A DNA stretch of 64,000 nt. Origin: Meyerozyma guilliermondii (taxonomy: Eukaryota). Each line of letters begins with the position of its first letter. The first letter of the stretch is position 1. The notes beneath the pieces were generated by a model. It did not search any database and was not told the origin of the DNA. It worked only from the letters and a program-made list of their open reading frames with translations. Shown here in pieces: positions 1 through 11,200 of the stretch. Location of the stretch: positions 1,364,001-1,428,000 of the forward strand of contig CP128816.1 in NCBI GenBank assembly GCA_051546255.1, read 5' to 3'. Both the position numbers and the translations under genes were made by a program.

Positions 1-1
1 T

Positions 2-892
2 ATGGCAGATTATGACGACGAACCGTTCCAAATGGACGAAGAAGTGGATCTAGGAAGTCCGGAGCGGGAATTGAGTCTCACTGAAGAGTATTTTTCCCGA
101 GATGGAACGTATATGGAAGAAAATGATATTCGACTAGCTTCGAAACCGGAACCTAAAGGCGCCAATTCCGGGCTGTATAAAGTGAGTGAAAGTGTGAATG
201 ATAATCCAGAGGAGTTGGCTCGTTTGCTTGCAGAGCGGCTTGGAAAAAATCCAGAAAAAAATGGTGAGGAAAGCACCGAATATGATGAAGATGCGGATGA
301 TAAACTCGATATTCAGAAACAAAAAGCTCTTGAAAATGAGTTTCGTGAAAAGAATATAGATTTACGGGCGCAAGAGGTGACTCCGCCAGAGAATTTTGCC
401 CCGGTTATCAACAATATTTACCGATCTTCGTTTCCTCAGATTCACAGTTTTTCATTTCTTCGAACGTTAAAATTGAAGTCAATTCTTTGTTTGATCCCTG
501 AAGAATACCCACAAATGCACAAAGATTTTTTTGAAGAGGAAGGAATCAAGCTTTTTCAAATGGGAATGTCAGGAAACAAAGAACCGTTTGTAAAAATTCC
601 ACCAGATTTGGTGACGGAAGCCGTCAAGGTGGTGCTTGATCCACGCAACCAACCCATACTAATTCACTGCAATCGAGGGAAGCATAGAACCGGGTGTTTG
701 GTGGGGGTTATACGACGATTGCAACGGTGGCTGTTGACGATTATTTTTGACGAATATCGTAAATTTGCAGCTCCTAAGGAACGACCAATGGACCAACAGT
801 TTATTGAATTGTACAATGAAACCGAGATTGAGAGATACGCACATGAACACGGGTTGCTTCCGCTTCAGTGGGATGATGAGGCTGGGCTCTAA
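2..892 (+). CDS. SIW14: Atypical dual-specificity/inositol pyrophosphate phosphatase Siw14
   Basis: PPENF...IYRSSFP and catalytic HCNRGKHRTG motif; next to the H3/H4 pair as SIW14 is to HHT2/HHF2 in S. cerevisiae. Confidence 0.9.
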   Translation: MADYDDEPFQMDEEVDLGSPERELSLTEEYFSRDGTYMEENDIRLASKPEPKGANSGLYKVSESVNDNPEELARLLAERLGKNPEKNGEESTEYDEDADDKLDIQKQKALENEFREKNIDLRAQEVTPPENFAPVINNIYRSSFPQIHSFSFLRTLKLKSILCLIPEEYPQMHKDFFEEEGIKLFQMGMSGNKEPFVKIPPDLVTEAVKVVLDPRNQPILIHCNRGKHRTGCLVGVIRRLQRWLLTIIFDEYRKFAAPKERPMDQQFIELYNETEIERYAHEHGLLPLQWDDEAGL

Positions 893-1272
893 TCGGTATT
901 GGGAGACTAATCGATAGACTGATCGGCTGGATATTGCATTCTACATGAACACTAATCTACTTCTAAACATTCTCCATATTTTTGACCTACGACTGTTTGG
1001 TCATATTTATATACTAGAAACTAAGCATCATGAATATTACTTATTCAATACTCCACTAAAATTTTGTCTCCTTTCTTGAACACCAGTCTTTATCTGTCCG
1101 TCGAATAGTAATCACTACCTTATATCAGCAAGTTATTTTAATAGTCTATTCAGCACTTTGATCTACGTCTTTTGCCCCAATGGCTCAATTTTAGACCAGT
1201 TCTCTACTTTTTCTACTCATAAACCATTTCCATTTAATTCTTTTTCTTTTCATTTTTTTTCTTTCCATTGTT

Positions 1273-1692
1273 TTATGGCCAGAAAAACTTGCGCCCATAG
1301 ATCCCAGCATTTCCGGTCGCAAGCACCGCCAACGCTAATGGCGAAAAATGGCCTCGGAATACACTTTTGAGCGACGACCGGCCGTTGACAAGAACGTACA
1401 ATGTCGACCATGCAAATGAAAAACCAGCACCATTGGTGATGTCTCCGTCGTAGGTTATGTAACCACCAAGCAAGTGAGCAGCCCCAAATGTCAAACATGT
1501 GGCTCTAGAAGGCTTTTCGAGCGCCATAGCTACGCTGGTTTTGTAAGAACCTCCAGATCCGAGGTTCAGAGGAAGTGGCTTAGAGCCACCAATGCTCTTT
1601 GCAAGTAATGCACCGGAAAGCAACCATGCTGGAAACGGCGACTCGCCCTGGCGGTTAATGGTGTCGGCGTTGGGAATTGGAAGGGAAATCAT
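1273..1692 (-). CDS. AIM19: Aim19-like small membrane protein
   Basis: ATG at 1692 (MISLPIPN); GGYITYDGDITNGAGFSFAWSTLY resembles the Aim19 family; hydrophobic segments. Confidence 0.7.
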   Translation of the reverse strand: MISLPIPNADTINRQGESPFPAWLLSGALLAKSIGGSKPLPLNLGSGGSYKTSVAMALEKPSRATCLTFGAAHLLGGYITYDGDITNGAGFSFAWSTLYVLVNGRSSLKSVFRGHFSPLALAVLATGNAGIYGRKFFWP

Positions 1693-1813
1693 TTGTTGCT
1701 GGAGGTGGTGCAATTTGGTGAAATTTGTTATGAAGTGGAGTGCACACAAGCCCTACGAAAGTTGCTGTTCTTAAATCAATTTACTAATATACACCTAATA
1801 CCACATATAATCT

Positions 1814-2935
<1,122 letters not shown>

Positions 2936-3179
2936 TATTGTACTACTAGTGTATATTAGAATATATTGGAGAGAAGAAAGTGTAAATCGAGCTCGAGCTG
3001 TGTCAACAGCTCGATGATCGATGGCAGTCTATTATTTGATTTATATTACTATTGATCGCTAGTCTATTCTGTGGATCATACTACAGTGGATTGATCGCTA
3101 TAGTTAATATTATTACAGGCGATATTGCGACTTATACATTTGATGAGCATGCTTTCTTTAGCAACTTCCTTCGCGTTGC

Positions 3180-4270
3180 TCAGGAAGTTGAACCCGTGGC
3201 CGCTCGCAACAATTCCAAATCATCATTAAGCTCCTCCGGCTTGAGTCCCTGCGGCCCCACAAACTGCTTATGTGCAGCGCGCGAACTCACTTTGGCCGGT
3301 TCCGGGTGGTCCAACATTACCAACGAGGCACCGCCATCGTCATTGTTCATGATAAGTTTATTGAGTGTGTCGTAGTCCTTGTCGCTCAAATTGCTATCGT
3401 TCCCACTGCTGGCGGCTACAGCATTAGTTTTTCCTCCTGCCGCAGAAGTCATTCCAGAAGACTCATCATTGGAAGAATAACGAGTAGCATAATGCCGTCG
3501 CCTTTTGCCGGAAGCAGAGATGTAACCAGCCGCCGCCGAGGTGCCGCCACTTCCACCGTCGCTGAGATATTCTGCCTCGCCAGCGGTAAATTTCGACGAC
3601 AATTCGCGCTTTCGGAGCAGTCGCCGATCGCCGATGGTAGCGGCCGCCGCCGTGAGAGCAGCGGTTGTGGCAGCCAGTTCGGCATTCTGTGTGGACCACG
3701 AGCTGGCATTGACGAGATTGAGAAGAAGTTTTTCCTCTTTAAGCTGCTTGATTTGCCGTTGCATTTTATCGTAAAGTTTCTCTTTGATTAATCTGATCAT
3801 ATTGTCTCGATTGGTGTTGGCTCGTATTACGTCGTTTTGGTACTCTTGTTCCACCATTTTCACCTGGTACTCTTCCCAGAGCCGTAACCGAAGAAGCTCG
3901 TAGTCTCTCTGTTCTCCAAATGCTGTCCATTCCACTTGGAGATCGGCATCGGTGCCTTGTTGAAGAGTGGCAAGTTTTGTCTGAAGATTATGAAGCAACC
4001 CTCGGTAATAACTGTCGCTTTCGGCCTCGAAAAGGTACTCTAGCTTATGGAGGCGCGAGCTGATTTGGTGCTTTCGTTTGTCACGTTTGCTGAGATCTGT
4101 GTTAGGGATGAAGAAGATGGGGAATTGAACACAGCCTAAAAAGAAGGATTGGAGTCTCGGGAAAGAGTATGTTGTTCTTTGGGACGTGGGGATGCTGTGG
4201 GTTCAGTTTGTGGAAGGGAGACGTGGTATTACTTACTTTCGGCATTGCCGTTACGCTTGTAGTCTTCCAT
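3180..4270 (-). CDS. SDS3: Rpd3L complex subunit Sds3; exons 4270-4237 and 4096-3180
   Basis: Spliced N-terminus MEDYKRNGNAENLSKRDKRKHQISSRL joins LHNLQTKLATLQQG...RDYELLRLRLWEEY, typical of Sds3. Confidence 0.85.
4097..4236 (-). other. Spliceosomal intron in SDS3 (140 nt, phase 1)
   Basis: GTAAGT donor, CCCTAAC branch point, ACAG acceptor; removal restores the frame from ATG 4270. Confidence 0.85.
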
Positions 4271-4320
4271 GAAGATGAAAGAGATGCGCGAATGTCGTGA
4301 ATGGGAAGAGCGAGCAAGAG

Positions 4321-4485
4321 GTGTAGGGAGTGCGAATGGGAGAATAGCGAAAATAGCGAGCGGTGTCGGGGAGTGCGATTAGTGCGATTAGGGAGGAATA
4401 GCGAGCGGTGTTAGGGAGTGCGAATGGGATGGTTCGGGAAGCGGTACCCGATAGCGAGGAATAGCGAGAGGTGTTGGGAAGTGGC
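4321..4485. repeat. Degenerate repeat AATAGCGAGCGGTGT-N-GGGAGTGCGA, 3-4 copies, in the SDS3/GNAT divergent promoter
   Basis: Copies near 4352, 4398 and 4460, partial copy at 4321. Confidence 0.7.
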
Positions 4486-4538
4486 ACCGCTGCGGCTCCC
4501 TATTTATTCGCACCCATTCTTTCTTCTTCTTCATCTTC

Positions 4539-5195
4539 ATGGACTACTCTTCCCTCCCATTCGCTGACGGCGACTTGCCAACACAAATTACCGAGCCAAT
4601 ATGCTTCCAGCTCAAAAAGGATGGCCGTTCCGTTACGCTTCTTCCCGTACATGACCCCAAAGTGGTTCCAAATGGTCTCATCGAGACTCTTCGCGATGAG
4701 TTCAATTACATTATAGAAGAAGGATTAACGTACCCATACCACCAAAAAATGGACCACGACAAGTTTGTGAGCTACTGGTTTCAAAGTTTCGCTGCAATTC
4801 TTCTAGAGGGAACTTATAGTAGTTGGAAAGATGTTCCCAACGGAAATTGGAGTGAACTCTTTTTGGGCACCTTTTATGTGAAACCCAATTATTTGGGTAG
4901 ATGCTCTCATGTATGTAATGCTGGTTTTGTAGTGGCCCATGCTAAGCGAGGACTTGGATTAGGAAGGGAATTGGGAGCCAAGTATCTTGTTTGGGGACCT
5001 CAATTGGGTTATGCGTACTCAGTATTCAATCTTGTTTTCGAGACCAATGTTGCAAGTATGCGAATTTGGGACTCGCTTGGATTTGAGAAGATTGGGTATG
5101 TGAAGAATGTAGCAGCACTCAAGGGAGTTAAGGGATTGGTGGGAGCGTACATGTATGGAAAGAGTTTCCAGGGTGAAGACGAAGAGACAAAATAG
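4539..5195 (+). CDS. Mpr1-like GNAT N-acetyltransferase (L-azetidine-2-carboxylate acetyltransferase family)
   Basis: EEGLTYP, LGTFYVKPNYLGRCSHVCNAGF, RGLGLG acetyl-CoA loop, YSVFNLVFETN. Confidence 0.8.
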   Translation: MDYSSLPFADGDLPTQITEPICFQLKKDGRSVTLLPVHDPKVVPNGLIETLRDEFNYIIEEGLTYPYHQKMDHDKFVSYWFQSFAAILLEGTYSSWKDVPNGNWSELFLGTFYVKPNYLGRCSHVCNAGFVVAHAKRGLGLGRELGAKYLVWGPQLGYAYSVFNLVFETNVASMRIWDSLGFEKIGYVKNVAALKGVKGLVGAYMYGKSFQGEDEETK

Positions 5196-5319
5196 GGAGA
5201 GATAGAATAGATTAATAGACTTGGGCTTGTAGCAAAAAAGTAAGCTAGATGGTAAGTGAATTGTGACTCAGTGTCGGGTCCAGTAGAATTGGGTCTTTGT
5301 AGGGACTGCGTTTGTAGCG

Positions 5320-5825
5320 ACTGAGTATTTAGGGACTGGGTATTTAGAGACTGAGTAATTACTGGAATAGTAATTATTGGAATAGTAATTACTGGAATAG
5401 TAATTACTGGAACAGTAACTACTGGAACAGTCTGCGAAATTCATTTACTCTAGCATGAACAACAGCCACTATGAGACTGGCTACATTAGCTTGTTTGACT
5501 GGTGACTACTAGAGACCAGTAACACTAGAGACCAGTGATTAAAGACTAGTGATTAAAGACTAGTGACTGGGTCACTAAGGATAGGTGGCAACTGTTAGTA
5601 ACTATTCTTACTACTGATTCCATTTTTACCCAGTCTAGGTGGCAGTGACTTGAAATCATTGACTTCTACTAGAAGTACGGTGACTACTCGTGACTGCTAG
5701 TGGCCAGTGACCACTAATCCAATGGTTACTATTGACTATCCAATACTTTAAGTCACTCTAGGTACTTTGGTACTTTATGTACTTTATGTACTTTGGTACT
5801 TTGGTACTTCTGTACTTCTGTACTG
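5320..5825. repeat. Mosaic of short tandem repeats
   Basis: TAATTACTGGAATAG about x5 (5356-5430), ACTAGAGACCAGT x2, AGTGATTAAAGACT x2, GTACTTTG/GTACTTTAT run (5762-5822). Confidence 0.8.
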
Positions 5826-5960
5826 ATGGCATTCTGCTATTTTATCGAGTCACTTGGTTCTCTCACTTGGTTCACTCGATGGCTCGCTGCGCTCGCCGCG
5901 CTCGCCAAGTAAGTTCGCACGCCTGTTTTCATTCCACGATATACTCATTCCCCTATCTAC

Positions 5961-7457
5961 ATGGCAGCCGAGTACGACGAAGACCTTCCTGCGAACCAGT
6001 TCCGCCACCTAGAATACCCGCCGTCCATCATCGACAGGTATACGGTACTCCTAAAAGATGGTGAAACCACCGCTACCATTTATCCTATTCATTCTCCAAC
6101 AGATCTTCCACCAGGACTTTTGGCATTTCTTTGTGATGAATTCAATATGGAAATCGAACGAGGTGACACGTCTCCGTTCTTCGATACGCTCGACATGAAC
6201 CAGTTCCAGCAATACTGGTTTGGTTCTTTTGGTGCCGTGATGATTTTGGGCGATGCGCCCGCATTGGAAGGGCCTCGCCAGTGGGAAAAAGAGTGCTTGG
6301 GAACGTTTCTGGTGAAACCAAACTATCCGGGCCGGTGCTCCCATATATGTACTGGGTCGTTTTTGGTAAACGCAGGAATCCGTGGTAAGGGAATTGGACG
6401 TACTTTGACCGATTGCTTTCTCCAATGGGCTCCGCGTTTGGGGTACACTTATACGATTTTCAACCTTGTATTTGAAACGAATGTGCCTGCTCGTCGCATA
6501 TGGGAGCTGTTCAACTTTAAACGGATCGGTCGTATCAAACTGGCGGGAATTTTGAAAGGACATGAACAGGCAGTCGATGCCATAATGTATGGGCGCGAAC
6601 TTATCACCAATTCGGATCCGGCCGTTGGGGCTTACCGGTTCGACAAAATCAAATTTTACTTGGAAACAGGCCGGTACCCTGCCATGGCTGATCGCCAGGA
6701 AAAGAGCAGGTTGCGACTGCTGGCTCTGCATTATCGATTGGAAAATGGAAAGTTGATGCTTAAAGGCCGAGAGGTGATTCTGGACCCAGAGCGCCAGTTG
6801 CAAATTTGCACCGATGTCCACATGACCAACCACGGTGGAATTAACAAGACTACGTCGGTGGTGGCCGAAAAATATCATTGGACTCGTATCAAGGACACCG
6901 TAGCTGCCGCCATCAAAAACTGTCCTGAGTGCCGTGATATCGGCAAGGACCCTCAAATTGTCAAACGTCAACCTCCACGCAAACCAGCAAATCATCCTCT
7001 CTCCCGTAAAGGCATCAAAATGCTTCTGACCCAGCCCAATAATCCCAATGCTCGTCATATGCTTCGTCGCCGTGATGACGTCGATATGTCACTTCCTGGA
7101 AACGAAGCACTTTTGTCCCACGACTTGCTGGGATTGGATGACAACATCATGGCTGCCGTGGAAGCTGCACAGAGATCGCATCATAATGGCCAAAATTCAA
7201 ATTCTCACCCATCGTACGCAGCAGCTGCTGCTTCTGCTGTTTCTGGAGATTCCGATTACCACCAGTATCTGCACGATTATCTGGCCGAGTACCAAACTGA
7301 TGGTCGCCTGGACAAGGACAGAAACCCCAATATACCTGTGGACCCTGAAGTGAGCGCCTTTGATCATGTCGATAGCGGAGGAGACGAGATTGAAATTGCC
7401 CGTGCGTTGATCCAAGCCAATGAGGATGTGCCAGAAAAGAGAGAGGGATGGGACTGA
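5961..7457 (+). CDS. SPT10: Spt10 histone-gene activator (GNAT plus integrase-like H2C2 zinc DNA-binding domain)
   Basis: GNAT motif KPNYPGRCSHIC; HMTNHGGINKT...YHW...CPEC; near URA2 and TRK1 as in S. cerevisiae. Confidence 0.92.
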   Translation: MAAEYDEDLPANQFRHLEYPPSIIDRYTVLLKDGETTATIYPIHSPTDLPPGLLAFLCDEFNMEIERGDTSPFFDTLDMNQFQQYWFGSFGAVMILGDAPALEGPRQWEKECLGTFLVKPNYPGRCSHICTGSFLVNAGIRGKGIGRTLTDCFLQWAPRLGYTYTIFNLVFETNVPARRIWELFNFKRIGRIKLAGILKGHEQAVDAIMYGRELITNSDPAVGAYRFDKIKFYLETGRYPAMADRQEKSRLRLLALHYRLENGKLMLKGREVILDPERQLQICTDVHMTNHGGINKTTSVVAEKYHWTRIKDTVAAAIKNCPECRDIGKDPQIVKRQPPRKPANHPLSRKGIKMLLTQPNNPNARHMLRRRDDVDMSLPGNEALLSHDLLGLDDNIMAAVEAAQRSHHNGQNSNSHPSYAAAAASAVSGDSDYHQYLHDYLAEYQTDGRLDKDRNPNIPVDPEVSAFDHVDSGGDEIEIARALIQANEDVPEKREGWD

Positions 7458-7539
7458 TGTAAAATAATGTATAATAGGAATGTAGTTGAGCTAAGTGGAA
7501 GTAAAGACTGTTGAACTCAAACGTTATTGTAGTATTTCA

Positions 7540-8215
7540 ATTACTAAATGAATCTTGATTAAATTATCATATAATCACTAAATGAATCTTGATGAAGTTA
7601 TCATTGATTAACTAGATGAATCTTGATGAAGTATCATTGATTAACTAGATGAATCTTCGAATGATTAACTGCTAATCGATTATGGATTAGATTATTTTTT
7701 AGTTTATGAATGAATCGATTAAATCATCTTATAACAAAATGAATCGATTACATTATTACTATATGAAACTTTGATTAAATTATCTTTATGATTAACTTTA
7801 TGAATCTGGATTAAACTAATATGATTATCATTTTATAATTACTTAACGAATCTTGAATTAAATATAATAAGTAAATGAGTATTTGATTAAATTATTTCAT
7901 GATCAACTAAATGAATATTTGATTAAATCCTCATGATTAACTAAATGAATCTTGATTGAATTATCTTATAAACTCTAAATGAATGTTTGATGAAATGTAT
8001 TTTTCAATTGAATAAATCTTTGATAAATCTTCTTGTAATTAATAAATGATTCTCTGATTGAACTATCCTATAAACGCTAAATGATCTTGATTAAATCATT
8101 TAAAGTTACTAACTGAATCTTGATTAAACCATTCACAATTACTAAATGAATCTTATTAAATATCTTATGATTATCTTTTACTAAATGAATTTTAAATGAA
8201 TCTTTAAATGAATAA
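7540..8215. repeat. AT-rich degenerate minisatellite, ~34-bp unit, roughly 20 copies
   Basis: Core ACTAAATGAATCTTGATTAAA and variants at 7543, 7577, 7611, 7644, 7870, 7906, 7940, 7974, 8141 and others. Confidence 0.9.
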
Positions 8216-8259
8216 TGTATCGGTCAATTCACTTTCGGTATCTCCCCAAACACCTCAAG

Positions 8260-11200
8260 CTAAAAATCAACTCCGATAACCATGGCCAAGAGAGCCATTC
8301 TAACAAACAATCCATGGCGCATTTGTCTAAAGTAGGCTGCACGCTGGTCGAAATCAACTTCTTCGCTGATCTCGTTGGTTCTTGGCAATGGGTGCATCAC
8401 ACACATGTGCTGCTTGGCGTAAGAAAGAATCTTGTTGTTGACAATGTAGGTATCTTTCAACCGGTGGTACTGTTCTTTGTCAGCAAAACGTTCTTCCTGA
8501 ACTCTAGTACAGTACAAAACATCGGAACGAGCTATCAAGTCTTCGGTAAGAGCTTCGGACTCAGACACCAACATGCCGTTTTCAACCAACATATCCTTGA
8601 TTCCCTTGGGCAAAGATAACTCTTTAGGAGAAACCAATTGCACTCTCACCTGGTAGTGACGCAACAAATGGCACAAGGAATGGACTGGACGACCGTATTT
8701 CAAGTCTCCCATGAAAGTGACAGTGATTCCATTGACGGTTCCCAACTCTTCACGAATGGTGAAAAGGTCAAGCAAGGCTTGGGTAGGATGTTCTCTCGAG
8801 CCGTTTCCACCATTGATGATAGGAACTGGTGAGTATTTTGCAGCAATAGAAGCTGAAGACTCTTCTGGGTGTCTCAATACAATGGCATCAGAATAGCAAG
8901 CCAAGGTTCTGATGGTATCTTGAAGAGTTTCGCCCTTTTTGATGGACGAAGAGCCAGCGGAAACCGCCAAAACTCTTCCTCCTAATCTTTGCATGGCAGC
9001 ATCGAATGAAGATGAGGTTCTGGTGGAAGGTTCGTAGAACATGGTAGCCAACAATCTGCCCTTTAAGAGGTCCAACACACCCTGTCTCTTGACGGCAGAT
9101 CTCATTTCTTGGGCCACAGTGAACAAACTGTGTAAGTCTGATCTGGAAAAGTCACTGACAGACAACACCGAGTTGCGCAAGAAACTGTTGTGGTTTCGAA
9201 TATAATCGGCTAAAGCATTAAATTCACCCAACGAGCCGGCTGGGGGTTGCGATACAAGTTCTGAGCCCAACTTTTCAAATTCAGACTCGTTGGAGTCCTT
9301 GTAAACCGAAGGTCTTCTGGTATCAAATGACATTCTAGCCTTTCTGTTTAAAGCTGGAGAAGCTGGAGTGGTGGTGGTGGCTGTGAAACGGGCTCTTGGG
9401 GTAACCTCGTTCTTTCCAAGAGCATGTTGAACAACAGAAGCTCCGTCCAAGCAAACTGTTTGGTTGTGAACCGAAACTCTCTCGACAAAACCAACCAATT
9501 TGCGGTTGGTGAGAGCATTTTCCACCTTCACAACTCTGTCCAAATCGAGCTCCACAGTTGCATCTTGCTTTGGAATGTTGAAAATCTTTACTGGATTGTC
9601 GTGGAAACGAGAAACAATGTCCTCCAACTTGAGACGCTTTTCCTTGACGGCGGAAAGCAACAAAGGAAGAACCTCCGAAATTCCCAAGCCAGCAGTGATG
9701 GAACGGTTAGCTGCCTTGTTGATAACATATGGTAAAACTCCAATGGAGAAACAGTCCACATCCACCAAATTCTGCCATAAAGCATCCTGGTCGTTCTTGG
9801 TGGGCAAGAAGCTGTACTGTGGGTACTCTTCACGGTTCATGAACAACGAGTGAACAGCAACGTCGCAGGTGACCTGAAGCTTCTTTTCCTTGGCCATTCT
9901 GATCAAGTTCAAGTCCTCTTGCGAAGAAACTCCGGTGATGTGGATTGAGCGGGTATGCAATGAAGCCAACAACAAGACTGAAGCCAAATCGGTGGCCTTG
10001 GCATCGGTGATAATTGGCTTGGACTCGGGCCATGAGGCAAAGTGCGACGAAATAGCCGACACTTTGGAGTTGGCAAAGTCGTTAAATGGCAAGAACAAAG
10101 CACCGGCATTTTGTTCTGCTTGAGATGCTTCTTCGGAATTGCTTTCTGAGCCAGCAATGGACATTGAAAAGTCGGTGAATGCATTTTCTGAAGCACTTTC
10201 TATAGCCTCGAGCAAAGATTCGGAATCCACAATGGTGGAGCCCTCGATGGTTTGCGGCAAAAACGCATTGTGGGTGAATCCTGCCGCCAAAGAAGCCTTG
10301 GTAGTGGCTTCAAAGTCTTCAAAAGAAGGCACAAAAGACGTAATGTTGACCAAACCAGGAATAACCGCCGTGTTGTGTGAGGTTTGAGCATCGTTGTTGG
10401 AGACGTCCAAAGTGATGTTTCTAGCAAGTGCCTCAATCAACAACTTGGCACACTTGACATTGGTCACCAAAGGAATCGAGTAGTCAATGGCCATACGACG
10501 AGACTCGTATCCCTTCGACATGTACGAAGCGGGTCTTCTGAATCTGTTGGAAGAAGGCAAGTTGATGTACAAATCGATCAAGTTGTTGGCAAGATGCTGG
10601 GTCAACGAGTATTCGGATTTCTGGTCATCTTGGGATCCAAGAACTTCCAAGTAGTGGACAGGGACGCCGTGCTCTTTGATAAAGTCAGCGGTACCAGAAG
10701 TAGCAAATAACTTGTAGCCCAACTCGTGAAGTTTTTGAATCGAAGGTAACAATTCTTGCTTTTCTTTGTAGGAACCAATGGAGAAAAGAATGTTCTTTTT
10801 GGGCAATTTGAACCCGGTGGAAATCAACGACTTCAAGTAGGCTTCGTACTTGTTGTGACCAAACGTAGCCACTTCACCAGTAGAAGCCATTTCCACACCC
10901 AAAACAGGATCGGCACCAGCCAATCTTGAAAATGAAAATTGTGGAACTTTAACGGCACAGTAATCGCTGGGCAATTTTTCTCCAGGGTATGGAGTAACTG
11001 GCATGTCCATGATAGCCTTGGTAGCCAACTCAATCAAATCTGTTCCCACAACCTTGGAAATGAATGGGAACGAACGAGAAGCACGAACATTACATTCAAT
11101 CACCTTGATCTCATTATCCTTGGCAATAAACTGGATGTTATAAGGTCCAGTGATATCAAGAGCTTTACCAATTCTGGCGGTCGCTTCCACAATTCTTTCA

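Noticed and set aside
6640..6935. Integrase-like H2C2 domain suggesting a retrotransposon
   Set aside because: It is the known Spt10 DNA-binding domain; no RT, integrase core or LTRs
7540..8215. Repeat-plus-variable-linker pattern superficially like CRISPR
   Set aside because: Eukaryotic context, degenerate repeats, short mutually related linkers, no cas genes
9400..10380. Degenerate dihydroorotase domain in URA2
   Set aside because: Normal for fungal Ura2; not pseudogenisation
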